A stretch of 63,833 nt of DNA, the filler included, from Saprolegnia diclina VS20 (Eukaryota): assembly GCF_000281045.1 (NCBI RefSeq). It is 3 parts of one record of this genome, joined end to end, with 100 filler letters (N's around TTAATTAATTAA, not from the genome) between each part and the next. Parts side by side here need not be neighbours in the genome. Positions count along the whole stretch, not along the records: positions 21,600 to 50,508 come from NW_008246102.1; positions 50,609 to 63,833 come from NW_008246102.1; 1 more part is not named here. One strand, given 5' to 3'. Positions 37,891-51,785 of the stretch are shown here, one piece after another. Made by a program: the position numbers and the translations under genes. The notes beneath the pieces are model-generated. The model ran no database searches, was not told the DNA's origin, and saw only the letters and a list, made by a program, of their open reading frames with translations. The stretch's first letter is position 1; every line of letters begins with the position of its first letter.

Positions 37891-39080
37891 AGATTTGTGC
37901 GTCATGATGAGCAGCGCAAAGCCCGTCGTTGACGAGCGCAATGACGCGAACTTCGAGCGCCTCCAACTTGAACTACAGTCTCTGCAGCGCTCGCGTTGAG
38001 GGCCTGGCAGCGCCCAGCGTCACGCTCTTCTCGGCAAAATGGTCCAAGAGACCAGGTCGCGACCTGAGGCGGCAGTCTCGTCGATCTCGTGGCAGGCGAC
38101 TCAGTCGTGGCTTCAATGCAGAGCGACTCGTCGTCAGCTGCCATGCCTAGAGTCGACATCGGCCGCCGACTTGTGCTCATGGAACCATAGTAAAAGAAGA
38201 AGAGGGTTTCCTACCTCTGCGCCTTGGCGAGCGCGTCGCGGAGCTCATTTGCGTCGTCCGCGCATACGCCCAGCGTACGTGTAGACGGGCGCGCCGGCTG
38301 CATTGACGCCCACGAGCGACATGCCAAACGTGTCAAGGTCTGTGGCGGCGCTTCTCGCTGGCGGCGGTTTGCTGTGCGCGCGTTGCATGTGTTCCTTGGT
38401 GTCGGGCACGACAACTGCTTATCTTGAGGGTCCATGGCCAGGCCCACGAGCACTCCATGTACGGAATGCCGCCTGTGAGAGAAGCGCGGGCCGCTCAAGG
38501 AGCGTGGTCGTCTGGGCGAGCGCCGGCTGGACAAGGAACGTGCAAGCTGGACGAGAAGTGCAAGCTCACGAGCAGTGCACGCTCACGAGCAGTGCACGCT
38601 GAAAGAAGGAAGCTGGAGAAGAGCTGGTGCCAAGACATGGAGCACTGGCGCACGGGCGCCGTCGTGGCTGGAGGGCCGCGGCTACAGAGTGGACGGCGGA
38701 TCTGGTGGAATGCCAGAAAGGTAGCGTCTCCTAAAAGTTCGACGTACCCTCTCAAGTACGGTTGAAGTTGAAGAAAGCGCCCAAGCCCCGAAGACGTTTT
38801 GTGCCATTATGTACACGCGTCCCCAAGAACGTAGACCATGTCTCTGGAATGGAGCATGTTGCTTGGGTTACGGTTTTAGTAGCTCCTAGGAAGGGCGCGA
38901 AGCCCTAACCTCATTCGTCACTTTGCCTTTACCGGAGTGCGTATAGGATCACTGTTTCTTGGCTGTTGTACACCGTTCGTGCACGAGTTTTTTTGCGATG
39001 CTACGGGAAGCATCAACCCTCCTCAACTAGGACGTTATGAGTACGAGCTGCGCAACATTGCTCAACTCTTGGTGCACTGT

Positions 39081-39124
39081 AGAGATAGATAGATGGATGG
39101 ATAGATAGATAGATAGATAGATAG
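39081..39124 (+). repeat. (GATA)n microsatellite
   Basis: agagatagatagatggatggatagatagatagatagatagatag. Confidence 0.9.
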
Positions 39125-39196
39125 TAAATGCCGTTTCGACTACCAGCAACGTTGGTTCCAAGGTGTTTTCCTTTTAGAGACTTTGGACGACCAAGG

Positions 39197-41602
39197 ATGC
39201 CACAACGCGTGTGCTCCCAAGCGAGCGATACCGACCAGGAGATTTACGAAGCGGCACTGGAAAAGTGCAAGAAGCGTCGCCATGCTTGTACACCACTCGT
39301 CTCAAAGCAAGCACCGCGCTGTGTCAACGGTAACATCACATGGCCGCTCACCGGCACACGCAGCAGCCGTCGCGGCACTCGGCATCCCCAATGGCAACCT
39401 TCTACCAACGTCCTTTCTATTGGGCGGCCCGCTGCGTGGCGCAAGATCGTCCAGAATGAGCTGCAACAGAAATCGACGTATGGGTGTACGGACACCGACT
39501 TCATGACCTCGCACCTCGTTATTGACGCCGTTGGCGCCGGCGCCGCGCTCCTCCCAACAACCATGCCGGACGATACCTTTGGCTACATGATTCTGCACTT
39601 GCCCTCTGCTTACGCGGCACGATGGCATTTCGCTATGGCTAAAAGACCGAGACATGGACGCCCAAGAGTCGCATGGGCGAGATGGTCACGACGTACCGCG
39701 ACCTCGTCCCGACCTCGACGACCATCACAAGAGGAGTGCGCATGGCGCTCGTCTACCGTCTCGGTATGGTCGACTACAGCGTGGATGATTTCCCGAGGCC
39801 GTGCAACCTCAATGACGGTATCGACGCCTTCAAGCGCATCGCACACATGCCTCTTCACACGCTCCAGCGCATTGCGGTCCCAATCGACAACGACGAATTT
39901 GACACTTTGAGGCCCCCGCCGACTTCCTGCGTTTTGAGTTTCTCGAAGGTCTTGACACATCGTTGGTTGACAAGCTTTTGGCCACGGAGCCGTACGACAC
40001 GGCGTTTGCTCAAGAGTCGCCCGAGGACGACGTCAGTGACGACTATGACGACGAGGAGGACAATGGGTACGAGCCCAAGATTGAAAACGAAGTGGCCGTG
40101 TGCATGCTGCACCCACGGTGTCAGATCCACGCAGACGTTGTCGCGGCACGCATTGGTAGCTGCGTGGACGCGGTTCTCAATGACAGCACGCCGATGGACT
40201 ACCACTTGTTCGAGTGCCCGCCAGTCGCGCTCGTGTTTTGGCTTGAGAGATATCGGTGCACTCTGCTCGGTCTGGATGCTGTGCTGCCTCTTGTGACAGA
40301 ATCCATCGCCAACAACACCATGGACCAGGTCTGTCTTGGTCTCCCGACCATCCGCGATGTTCTTCTTGGGACCTTTGATGGCTTTCGGCGCGAGCGATAC
40401 GGGCCATGCGAAACGGAGTGATCAACGCGCGTCTCACAAAATTGTGCGAGCTGGTCTTAGAGTTGGTCGTCATCTTTCTACGTGATGCCATTTTTGTCGG
40501 CTACGACATGGGCCACTGCGGCGTGCATCCATGCGTGTCTGACGCAGTATGGCCGGCGCCGTCTTGCACCGGCCATCTGCGGCCTTCTCTCTCGCTGGTA
40601 CCAAGCGCCACCGTCTCGAAGCGCCTTCTTTGAAGACATTCCTATTGACAGCGCGCCGCGACTCCTCGCGAGTCTTGCGGGCATCACCAAGGACGCAGTC
40701 TTTCCCCGATTGGATCAACCATTTGTGTGCGAGCCGATCAAGGGGTGCTACCACCACGCACTTGACCAGCATCGGCTCCTCCCAGAGAACGACTCCAATC
40801 CCGAGATGCTCTGTTGGTTTGCGACCCACGTCGTCCTTCTCGACTGGTACATCGACGAAGGTGCGCCGAATGCGGCCGGCGGCAACTACCTCAGCACCTT
40901 CTTGCCGCCAAGTATGATTCTTGCGGTCGAATCGTTTCTGTATGTCCGTCATCTCGGTACCTTGACGCTCATGAAGAAGAAGCGAATGGCACGGAAGATG
41001 TCTCGTACGTTCCCAAAGCGCTCGTGATTGCTTTGAAAAGCCAGCCAACGATCGTCCTGGATCCGTACGTCTGCGCCATCGAGCGAGCTCTCGAGACATT
41101 CAATGGAGACAAAGTGCGACACAAGAAGCTGGGGACGACCATCTTTTCGAGCATCCTTACTCTGCTGGACCGAGCGGGGCGCTGCGATGTGGCTCGATTT
41201 GAAGCGATCTGGACGCTCTTGTCTCGGTGTCGGTCGCAAGAACCCGACAGCTGCTCCAAGAACGGACGTTGCAGGACGACGTGCGCGCTCGTGTCGCGTT
41301 GCTGGTTCTGGCGCTCGCACCGACGCTGTCGGCCGAGCACCTCTCGCGGCCAAGGTACGGTGGCGCCTACACATCGTGGGAGCAACCAGGGTTGCTGGCG
41401 GTCAAGGTGCTTGCGATCGTCGACCCGACGCAAGTGTCGTCGCTTCTCCAGAGATGGCTCGAGGCCATGTACCATCGATAATGGCATGCACGCTCGGGAC
41501 CCGGCATGGGAACTGTACTGTCCTTTGGCCCAACTTCTTGCACAAGTCGTGCCGCAGCACGTAGACGCGATGAAAGCTTCGTACAGCGCTGCCTCGCTGT
41601 GA
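39197..41602 (+). pseudogene. Frameshifted gene with a degenerate 2OG-Fe(II) oxygenase-like N-terminal domain
   Basis: TFGYMILHLPSAY...MAFRYG and TTYRDLVPTSTTITRGVRMALVYRL resemble the DSBH strands of 2OG oxygenases; coding signal is split across frames with stops, and some breaks may be introns. Confidence 0.45.
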
Positions 41603-41876
41603 TCGGCGACGCTCGTAGCCGCCCACTGCTTCCTGACTGTACCGATTATCCTGGTGGGAACGATGACGTGGTCCCAACACTTGAAGTTCGTAGTCAGCAA
41701 TATGAGTGAGATGGACTGCGAGCACCCATTAGGCCAACAGCTGTTGCACCCAGCTCTCAGCACCATACATATTTGAGGTCATTTCCATAGGCCATTTCTG
41801 TCATTTCCGAAGTTGCCCGATACTGAAAGAGGCGTGCTTGGTCCTTGATTCGGTCATGCGAAAGCCTCAGAGCACC

Positions 41877-44800
41877 ATGGCTTTCCTCGACGACGTAGCT
41901 TCTGGCAACACGTCGAGAGTGGTCACACACCTTCGCGAAGGCGCCGACCCCAACCGCCGCAACCACGTACCGACTACGTCGTCACAAGATACATCAGCTG
42001 ACAGACACTGCATACTGTAGGTGGGGCATCATGCGCTTTTCATCGCGGCACTTTAACGACGCGTCGACGTTGCGGAGCTTCTTCTCGATGCCGGTGCCAC
42101 CGTCGACTTGCAACTTCGGGTACAAAATTGACTTACTGACGGCGTTAAAATTCTCACGCGGTGCGTCGCATTAGAATGGAGCGACAGCACTCATGATCGC
42201 TGCCGGCCGCGGACCCATCGAGCTCGTGCATCTCTTTCTCAATCGCAGCGCCAACGTTAACCTCCATAGTGAGGTAGGCCCTCGTGCATCCTCCGACGAG
42301 GCGTTATCGCACGCGTTCCATAGACTGGCACCGCGCTGGGCGCTGCTGCCCACGGTGGCAACGAGGACATTGTTCGCGTCCTTCTCGACGCAAAAGCCGA
42401 CGTTCATCGCAGCGACGATTTGGTTTGATCCAGTACATGCGACGGTCATCTTACTCGTGTCGTAGCGCAAGGTTTCGCCCCTTTTGACGGCAGCAGACAA
42501 TGGGAGTGTGGCCGTTGCGTCCGAGCTCCTTGCCCGCGGTGCTAACCTGTCCGACGTCGACAAGGTTCGTGCACGTTGTACTGAATGTGTAGGTAGCAGC
42601 TGTGGTGCTGTTCTAGAATGGGTTTGGCGTTGTCGCGTATGCGGCGCAGAAAGGCCACGTTGCAATGATCCGCTTCCTCGTTAACGAGAAGGGGGCTGAC
42701 CCGAATGCAACGTCTTTTGTATGTGCTGATCGCCACGTTGAATGACTGACAGTGATACTAGTCGGGCAATTCGCCACTACTCGTAGCCTGCTTTCGGGGT
42801 AAGATCGAATCGGTCAAAGCTTTACTGGAGACCGGCGCCAAAGTCAACGACCCCGCCGCGGTGCGATCTCTTTGTCAATGCAAGACGGAGTACGCAGCTT
42901 TCGATAGGACCCGTGCCTCATTGCTGCGGCTGCGAACAATCACTTAGAAATCGTCGCGATCCTGCTGCAAGTAGGCGCCCACGTGAATGCGGTGGATAGA
43001 GAGGTGACAATGGTGCTGCTTTATCAAAAAGTGATCACAAACGCCTGCGTAGTATGGTATGACAGCACTCTATGCTGCAGTCGTCCACGGTCACGCCAAC
43101 ATGGTGCGCCAGTTGACGTACGCGCGGGCAATGCTTGACAAGCCAGCAAACGTACGCTTTCATGAATCTGGTTGGATGTGCTTATGTCATGTGGGTAGGA
43201 TGGGACCACACCGCTTCTGGCCGCCCAAGCTCTGGGTAACGCGGATGTTCTTGCTGTCCTTCAAGACGTTCGAGCCAAGGTGCGTAGCTCGTGCTATGCC
43301 AGAGTGTATATGCTTTGTTGCTATAGAAAATGGTGCTACTGCATGCAGCCCGCCAAGGAAACGTCGACGTCGTTCAAGCACTTCTTTCCGAGGGCCTCAG
43401 CGTTAACGAGACGGACGAGGTACCCGCGATCAATTCCGATGAGTGGTCCTATGGCGATAACATTAGCACGGGAACGCGTTAGTGCATCTAGCCCTTCTTG
43501 GCAGCGACGCCAGGCTTTTGGCAGAGCTCCTAAAAGACTCTGCGGTCGAGCTCAGCCTCGTCAACGCGGTTATCACATTGCCTTGACAACCGAGCTTCTG
43601 ACTTGGTTGTTCCTTAGTTCGGTGAGTCGCCCGAGGCAATTGCAGTCAAGCTGGGCCATCCATTGCTCGTTCGTCAACTCCACGTTGCACTAGCTGCAAA
43701 TATTGCACAGGTAGGTCTCTATACACTGCATTACACGAGTCATGATGGCTCATGCTCCTTCATTCCACAGGTGTCTGCAGTGTCGACGGTGCATTTGCGA
43801 GAGCTTGGCCGCGGCAGCTACGGCATCGTCTTCAAGGGCTCGCTCCAAGGCCAAGACGTGGCCATCAAGGAACTTTGGAATCCTCATGTTGGCGCTGCGA
43901 GCCTTCGCGCTGAGATGCAAATTCTCATCGAGTACGTCGCGAAGGCTGTCACTCTTTATGCTCTTGTTGTTCACGACTGCTCTAGCAACCCGTCACCGTA
44001 TCTTGTGCGGCTGGTCGCCCCCACCGCCGAATCGGACGCGCCGCAGCTATTCTTTCAGTACATGGATGGCGGAAACCTCACCTCGTACCTCGAGAAACTG
44101 GCCAAGGACAAGGAGTGCCATGTTACATACACGCCCATTGAGATTCTCTGGGTTGTCGCAAACGCTCTCAACGACCTCCACGCCAAGGACGTTGTCCATC
44201 GCGACATCAAAACCGACAACATCCTCCTCTCGTCCAAGCACTACATCAAAGTGGGTGACGTCGGCATCGCCAAGGAAGTGACGGCGTACATGACGACGGG
44301 TGCTGGCACGAGCAAGTGGCGCGCGCCCGAAGTGCTGACGTCCGGAAGCAGCTACGGAAAACCCGCCGACATTTACTCGTTTGGGATTCTCCTCGAGACG
44401 CTGTACCCTAACCCTACCGATGCGAGCACCGAATGGGCCCAAGCTCTCGCAGCGGAATGCACGGATGTAGATCCGACTCGCCGTCCGAAGGCGGCCAAGC
44501 TTGTCGATAACTTGCTCCCCATTTTGAAGGCGTACGTCCAATGTTCTGGACTGCTTCGGTACATGTCTGCCCTACGATGTAGGCACGTCAACCGCTTCGC
44601 TTCGATGCGAGCCTTCGAGGCTGACCGAGCGGTACTAATTCTTCAGTCTACACGCTCGCATGGAACCCACGGCATACATGTATCTTCTAGGCGGGACATC
44701 AAGCAATCGAGACCACTCCGACGCCTCCACGCGTCCCGCGAGCAGAACAGCATCTCGCGCCTTTCGTCCCTGTTGTCCGTCTGCAGCACGCCGTTCGTCC

Positions 44801-47800
44801 ATCTCTATTGTGCTGTGTGTAGAGAGTGGGCCGAATCGTGGCACCGTTCAGCGTACCACATATCTTGATCGGCGTCGAAACTGTTGACCAAATGACCCTT
44901 TCTAGCGGGAAGAGGCTTTCCAAGAGGCCGTGCGAGCGGGCGACGACGAGGCAGTCGTCAGCTTTCTCAAGAATGGCGTCCACCCAGACAGCGCAGGCGA
45001 GGTACGCGCAGTCGCTGGCATCGTATCCAAAGGGAGCATGCGCTATGTAGACGAAAGAGACGCCACTCATGCAAGCCGTGGAACATGGCCACTATAAGGT
45101 TGTGGATCGGCTTCTCGAATTTGGCGCCGACGTCAACAACGCCACGACCGTACAATGCCTTGCAGCTGCACTGCAAAAGACATGGCCGATGATGTCTTGT
45201 AGGTGGGCTTGACGGTGCTCCACACAGCAGCACATAGCTCCAGTGCGATGCTTGAAAAGCTTCTTCGCGTCGCGAACGTGAACGTGAGTCCGCGGGACAT
45301 TGTACGTTAAGGACACTTGACGGATGTAGGAGCTCAGTATTGCTCTTGTGGTACGTATAGACACAGCGCACGCCGTTGCATGTCGCGATTTCAAACGGAC
45401 ACACGGACAACGTGGACGCGCTGATTCGTGCTGGCGCGGACATTGAAGCTGCTAATGACGTACACGCATCGTACATGTCGCCTCGATGGTAACGGACGGG
45501 GTGTAGGGATGGAATCGACCATTGCATATCGCAGCATACTTTGGATACGACCCGATCGTCCAACTTCTCCTGCGCGCGCACGCAAGTACGACGGCACGCA
45601 ACCAGGTGCCACCTACAATTTGGCATCACGAAGCGCCTCTTACCGTGTGTGCTAGAGTGGCGAGACGGTGCTGTATGCGGCCATTTCCCACGGGCACGGC
45701 GTAGTGGCCAACACATTGGTCCACGCTGGCGTAGATATCAACGCCGTCAGCGTATCCTTTCGTTCGACCTGAATTCGATCCAATACCATTTGCGCTCTAG
45801 AATGGACAGAGCCCGCTGCATTGCGCTTGCCGTTTCGGCGTAGCCGACGTCATCCCATCCTTGCTTGCGAAGGGCGCTGACGTCAACGTCAAGCATGTAC
45901 CTACCCTTTTTTGCTACATCTTGATGATGGCACGTTAGAACGGTGTCTCACCGCTGTACATGTCGATCATCGATGGTCACTGGGACGTTGTCACAGCGCT
46001 CGTGGCGTCGCCCAACATTGACCTCAACGAACGCGACGAGGTACGGCGTGTACCTTTCATAGTGTCGAAGCATCTCTGGTTCAGAATGGTTGTACGATTC
46101 TGCACATTGCAACCACCAAGGGCTGCCTCGACGTCGTAAGGGCTATGATACAGGCCGGTGTCGACGTGGATGTCCAAGACGACTTGGTGCAGCTTCATTT
46201 GTCCCATCTACCCATGATGATAACGTGGTCCATACGTAGATGGGTCTGCGCGCCATTGACGTTGCCGCTCTGCACAAAAACGACGCGATGGTCAAGCTGC
46301 TACTGCCAGCGCACTACCATGTTTGCTGCGAATGCTATGCTGGGATATGACGAGAAGAGGTTGTGTAGAAATTGAACCTCCTCCAAGCGATACGCTGCCG
46401 AGACGTCAAAGCCTTGGCGGATCTTCTTCGGCGCCCGTATAGCTGTAATGTCTACGACGAGGTACACGGAGGCGGTGAGCATGGCTGTGAATTCCATCAG
46501 GTAGGGTGCTCGCTGGTACACCTGGTGGTTCGGGCACGAAGTGAGGTCATGCTCGACCTTCTCTTGACCGATCCTCGCATTGCTCTCGAGACGCGCAACC
46601 AAGTACTATATTCATAAGAGTGTGTTGCTCCTAGCTCATGTACCTTTCTTAGGTGGGAAAGACGCCGCTCGCGATGGCCATCGAGTGCGGCTGCATCTCG
46701 ATGGCCAAAAAGCTCTTTGACTGCGTGCACCGAGCTGCGGTCGAGGTACGGTGCCGGTAGCTTTTCTCGTCAAATGCACGCACGCAGGTTACGAGCGCCG
46801 AGTACGACGTGACGTCAACCGAGCTTGGCCACGGAAGCTTTGGTGTCGTCCACCTGGGCTCGTACCTGGGAGAACAGGTGGCTGTCAAGACCACACGACA
46901 CCTCGCGTCGTTCAAGGCCGAAGCCCGCGTCTTCGTTGCGTATTTACTTGCACATTTTGCAAGTTGACGCATGCACACCACTACATAGGTGCCCATCTCC
47001 GTTCATTGTGCAACTGCGGGCCATCGCTGACGCCGATTCGGAAGCTCCAGCTCTCTTGCTCGAGTATATGAATGGTGGTACCCTTCGGAACTACCTCGAC
47101 AAGAAGGCCCTCAACGAGCGCACGCCAATGAACTTGTCCAGCCTCCAAGTGGCCTGGGTTGTCATCAGCGCCTTGCGAGACCTGCACGCTAAGCACCTTT
47201 TGCACCGCGACATCAAGAGTCAGAACGTGCTTCTGAACACCAGTGGCGAAATCAAGCTTGGGGACCTTGGTCTGGCTCGGCTGGAGGCAACCGACAAGAC
47301 TGAAGCACCCGGCACGCGTCTTTGGATGGCACCTGAGATCCTACAGGCCAACGGAATGGTCTACAGCTTTCCTGCCGACATTTACGCGTTCGGTGTGCTC
47401 CTTACAGAGCTCGACACGTGCCAGCTGCCGTACTTTGACCAAGACGTCCAGGATCCGATCGCGTTTGTGCGCGGTGTCATCAATGGCTCGCTTCGACCGA
47501 CGCTGACGACCAAGTGCGAGCCGTGGCTACGACAGTTAGCAGAGATGTGTCTGGACGGAAACCCCGAGGCGCGGCCGACGGCCGATCTCATTGTCGAAAT
47601 ATTGAGCGCTGAGATGGCCGCTGTTCCACCACCAGACATGAGCGTAAGTCAGTGCCACCGTCACGTCCGCTCATAGTTTTCTTATGTAGGTGGCGGAGAT
47701 GTACCTTCGCGCCGTCGCACAGGACAGTGTCGGTACGGTGGCGCAGCTGCTGACCCACGGTGTACCACTGGACTGGACGCTTCCGGTATCCCACTCTACG

Positions 47801-49956
47801 CATTTCATGTGTTAAACTATAGCATCCTAGGGCGGTGCGTCACTTCTTTTGGCAGCCACGACAGCAAGGGCCATCGAAGCTGTGACTCTCCTCCTCGAGC
47901 GCGGCGCATATGTCAACGACGACAGCGTGCGACGCAAACTCTCCCGAATATTCATTCTATGATGTTGCCTGTAGGGGGGCCGAACCCCGCTGCACGAGGC
48001 GGTGACCAAACGTTCCGTGCCGCTCATGCAACTTCTTATTGATGCGGGACGTCGACGCACACAATCATGTACGTTGATGATAGGACACACAAAGTGCTCA
48101 TTGAAGGGTAGGAGGGCAAAACGCCTCTTGCATGTGCTTTGCTGGCAGATTTCGAGCCAAGCGTTCTGCTGCTTCTTGCCACGGGGGCCGAAATTGGCAA
48201 CCTTGTATCAGTAAATTCCGGCCCTATTCAATCTCGTTGGACTTGATGGTGTGCCATATGCGTAGGATAAAGCGACACGATTCAGGGGGGTGAATCTCAT
48301 GGAGAAGGTCCAGATTGCGGCGTCTCGGGTTCGTGTCGCATGCCTGCGATATATGGCTCGGAGCTTAGAGCTGCGGTGTATTGTTGTAGACGGAGAATGT
48401 AGACAAGCCCGAGATCATGTGCGCCGAGTGTGGCAACTGGCATGCCGTCGATGCTGTTTGTTCGTGCGGCCACGACGCTTCGCCGACGGACCGCATGGTC
48501 GCGGTGGTCCGGCGCTTGATGCGGCTGCACCATCGCGGCTACCCCGTCGACTGGATGCGCAAGTGCATTTCCACCAATTGCCACCAGTCACCAATGACAG
48601 TCGTCGACACGATCTGCCCCAAGTGCGGCACGGAGGCGCGGAAGAGTATGACGGAGCTCAAGATGCTGCACATTCGCCTCAAGATGGCCATGAATCCTGC
48701 AGTAGAGCGGTCGAAGTCGCGTCGGGCATGTAGCGTTTCAGCGACACCAACACTCATATCGCTGTCGTCCATTAGATCACGAGAGACGAGCAAGCGATCC
48801 CGCGTAGCATCTTGCGCTGGTTGGCACGCTTCCATGCCGCGGAACCCGATACGTCGCGACCCCAGCCATCGCCATCGGTGATCGATGCCAACCAATACAG
48901 CAATGAACAAGGCGCTTTGGTGCGCGACGCAGTATTTTTGGAAACCCTTGCGTCCCGCGCAGCATCGACGCGACACCGAGGGGTATCTACTGACGGTATC
49001 CACGCCGGTCACCACGAAGCAGCGATATGGTTAGAGTGGGATGATGCCGTGGGCAAGTGCAAGCGCGGTTGGCCGGGGCGTCGTGGCCCGCATCTTGTAC
49101 GCCAGAACGTCCGACCCTGTACTCGAGGTCGTGGAGGCACTATGCGTACGAGACAATAATCCACTGTTTCGTAGATGTTGGTCGACAACTTACCAGCAAT
49201 CGGGGTTGCAGCGATGCATCGTGGCCATAATGTCGTGCACCGCCACGTCGGTAACGGCGACGATCTTGAGGCCATTGCCAAGTAGGACAAATACATCCAG
49301 AATGTACTGGCAGATGACGATGCACTGCGGCGCATAGATGCACGTCACCCTTTATCGTACAGCTCGTGGCCACCGCACGACCCCAAAGCGTCCTGGTTCA
49401 AGACTCGCTGTCCAAAAGCCTCCGGGACGTGCAGGCAGCGCCTCATGCACGGGCCAAGATGCAAGCAGCTGGTTTTATGCAGCTACAGATCATCTACGTG
49501 ATCGCGAATGCTCTGGCCGACATCCACGCCCACGGTCTCGTTCACGGGCATCTCTCCAGCCACAACGTCTTCTTCAGTCCCACCATGTTTTTCCAAGTCG
49601 GTGTGCCCGGAACATCGGCCACCGACGACGCGCTGCTGGCATGGACGGCCCCCGAAGTGCTTGCAGGCGACTCGCCGCCCTCTCCAGCCTCGGACGTCTA
49701 TGCGTTTGGCATTCTCATGACGGAGCTCGACACGTTTCAGCTGCCGTTTGCCGACTACGATTTCGACGACGAAGTTGCGCTCGCCGTGGCCGTCGTCGAT
49801 GGCGGCTTGCGCCCAACACTGCGCGACGACTGTGATGTGTGGTACCGAAACCTCGTCGGTCTGTGCGTGGACGCTGACCCGCTCAATCGCCCGACAGCTG
49901 CATACCTCGTCGAGCTGCTGCAAGAATTACTTGACGACACCATCTGCACAGTCTAG
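41877..49956 (+). pseudogene. Ankyrin / tandem kinase gene, copy 4, full length but with disabling lesions
   Basis: Colinear with copy 1: K1 ~43771-44533, K2 ~46788-47643, Zn ribbon ~48390-48720, pseudokinase HGHLSSHN ending 49956. In-frame TAA at 42054-42056 in exon 2, and a 94-nt (-5) ankyrin exon at 47975-48068. Confidence 0.75.
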
Positions 49957-50329
49957 ATAGCTGTCCGCGACTGTCGATAGATATGACTAGACCCGAGACA
50001 AATGCGATGAATACATATTATCTCTATGTTGGACATCGTGTTGGCTGATGGGCAGCAAAGAAAGGGGCGCGACAGTGCACCAAGGACGACGACGATGACG
50101 ATGAATCCACACATTCACGCCATGTCAAGCGCCAGTGACGACCGATAGTAGATAAATAAAGACGCGCTGCATTGCTGTATACGATGACGGTGTTGCTGCC
50201 AACACTCGTCTTGTGATGTATATAGGTATCTCGTCATATTTGTCGAAGGCAAATGGGTTTCGACAGTACGGTGAAGGAGAAGTTCATTTCAATAGGCACC
50301 CACCCACCGTGTGCAAGCTCTCGCGCGGC

Positions 50330-50450
50330 TTGGTCTTGCTCCAGCGCCGCTCGACATGACGGACGACAACGACGAGTCCGACGAAGAGTAAGACGGCGCA
50401 GAGAACTAGACACTTCCATTCTACTACATATGAACCTCGAGTCTTGCATC
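50330..50450 (+). repeat. Dispersed repeat, copy B
   Basis: Similar to 37760-37890. Confidence 0.6.
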
Positions 50451-51785
50451 GTCGACATTGCGATGCATTACGGAGCGTGACCTTCTGGACGAGCGATGGC
50501 TGGACGAGNNNNNNNNNNNNNNNNNNNNNNNNNNNNNNNNNNNNNNNNNNNNTTAATTAATTAANNNNNNNNNNNNNNNNNNNNNNNNNNNNNNNNNNNN
50601 NNNNNNNNGGAAAACACAAGCGGCGATTCGTGCACGAACGATTGCTTGCTGCTGCGTACGTTATTACTGTATCCAGCGGCGCGTGCTGCTTTCGACACAC
50701 GCGGTCCACTGTCTTGGATACGTTTTCGATCGAGTTGTATCTTTTCTTCATGGCGAGACGCTTGGAGAGTTGATGGACTAGTCGACAGTTTCAACCACGG
50801 TTGAAACAATGAACTAATCATAGAGCCTTGACGCTTCGATTGGCAAGCGGCGTGGAGCGAGGAGCGAGCGGTATTCTTGATGATACCACGAATGAGTGCG
50901 CAGACAGGAGACGAAGTATTAATACATGCTCCTAACGTTAGTATACTACTAGTACATGGGAAACATGCAGCTTCGTGCACTTGTCCAATGCGTCGTTGCG
51001 TCGTAAGGGAGGTTATATTCTAGTCTTTTGGCGGATAATCCGCCAGCCGTCCTGGGAGGGTTAACACTAGAATTCTTTTCTTGGTGGTGCAAAGTCCAAC
51101 CAAGTCGAGTTACTGTGTATTGACATTGTGAGCATTTGCGCTCGACCCAATGCATTGCGCCAACTCAAAGATGGTTAGACCTCTCGTACAAATTGTTCCA
51201 CCACGAGTGTAGTCAGCTATCTTTGACAAATCGCCACCAGAAGTCATGCCTAACAAACTAGCAGCTCGGCTGGTGAAGCACTCGGCAGAGAGATAGCGGA
51301 ATTTTTCACAATAACACCGTGATGCCAAGCGTTTCAAACGGCTCTTGATAAATCGATACTCAAATGTTGGAACATTCGAGAATCTCCGGCGCAGACACTT
51401 CAGTGACACAAGAAGCACCGAGGCGGCGTCCCATTGGCAAAACCATCCCGTGCACATCGCCCCGATCCGCATGACGAGTTGGTAGCCACGTCGATACCTC
51501 GTAGAACAAGGTATCAGCAATAGCCTTGGTATCAGGCACCCTCGCTTCTCACTCGTGATTTAATGTACTGATCTAGCTCGTAGCTACTAGTACTACTCGT
51601 GTACTTTGGTGATCCGCGCAGCTATTAATACTTGCGATTCCGACGCGGCCCAAATTATCCGGTATTCCGGATAAAGTCGCAACAGAGATGCTGTTGACAC
51701 ACGTGGGTGTCACACAGCTGGGCGGACAGTATTGAGTCCCACACGTGGAGCCTCGGACGGCAATCAACGTCAGTTTATCATTGCC

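Noticed and set aside
38200..38760. Cys/His-containing short ORFs and a short tandem duplication (cacgagcagtgcacgct x2)
   Set aside because: No coherent frame or family motif.
50609..51560. AT-richer segment with broken ORFs after the gap
   Set aside because: Could be a repeat relic, but nothing identifiable.
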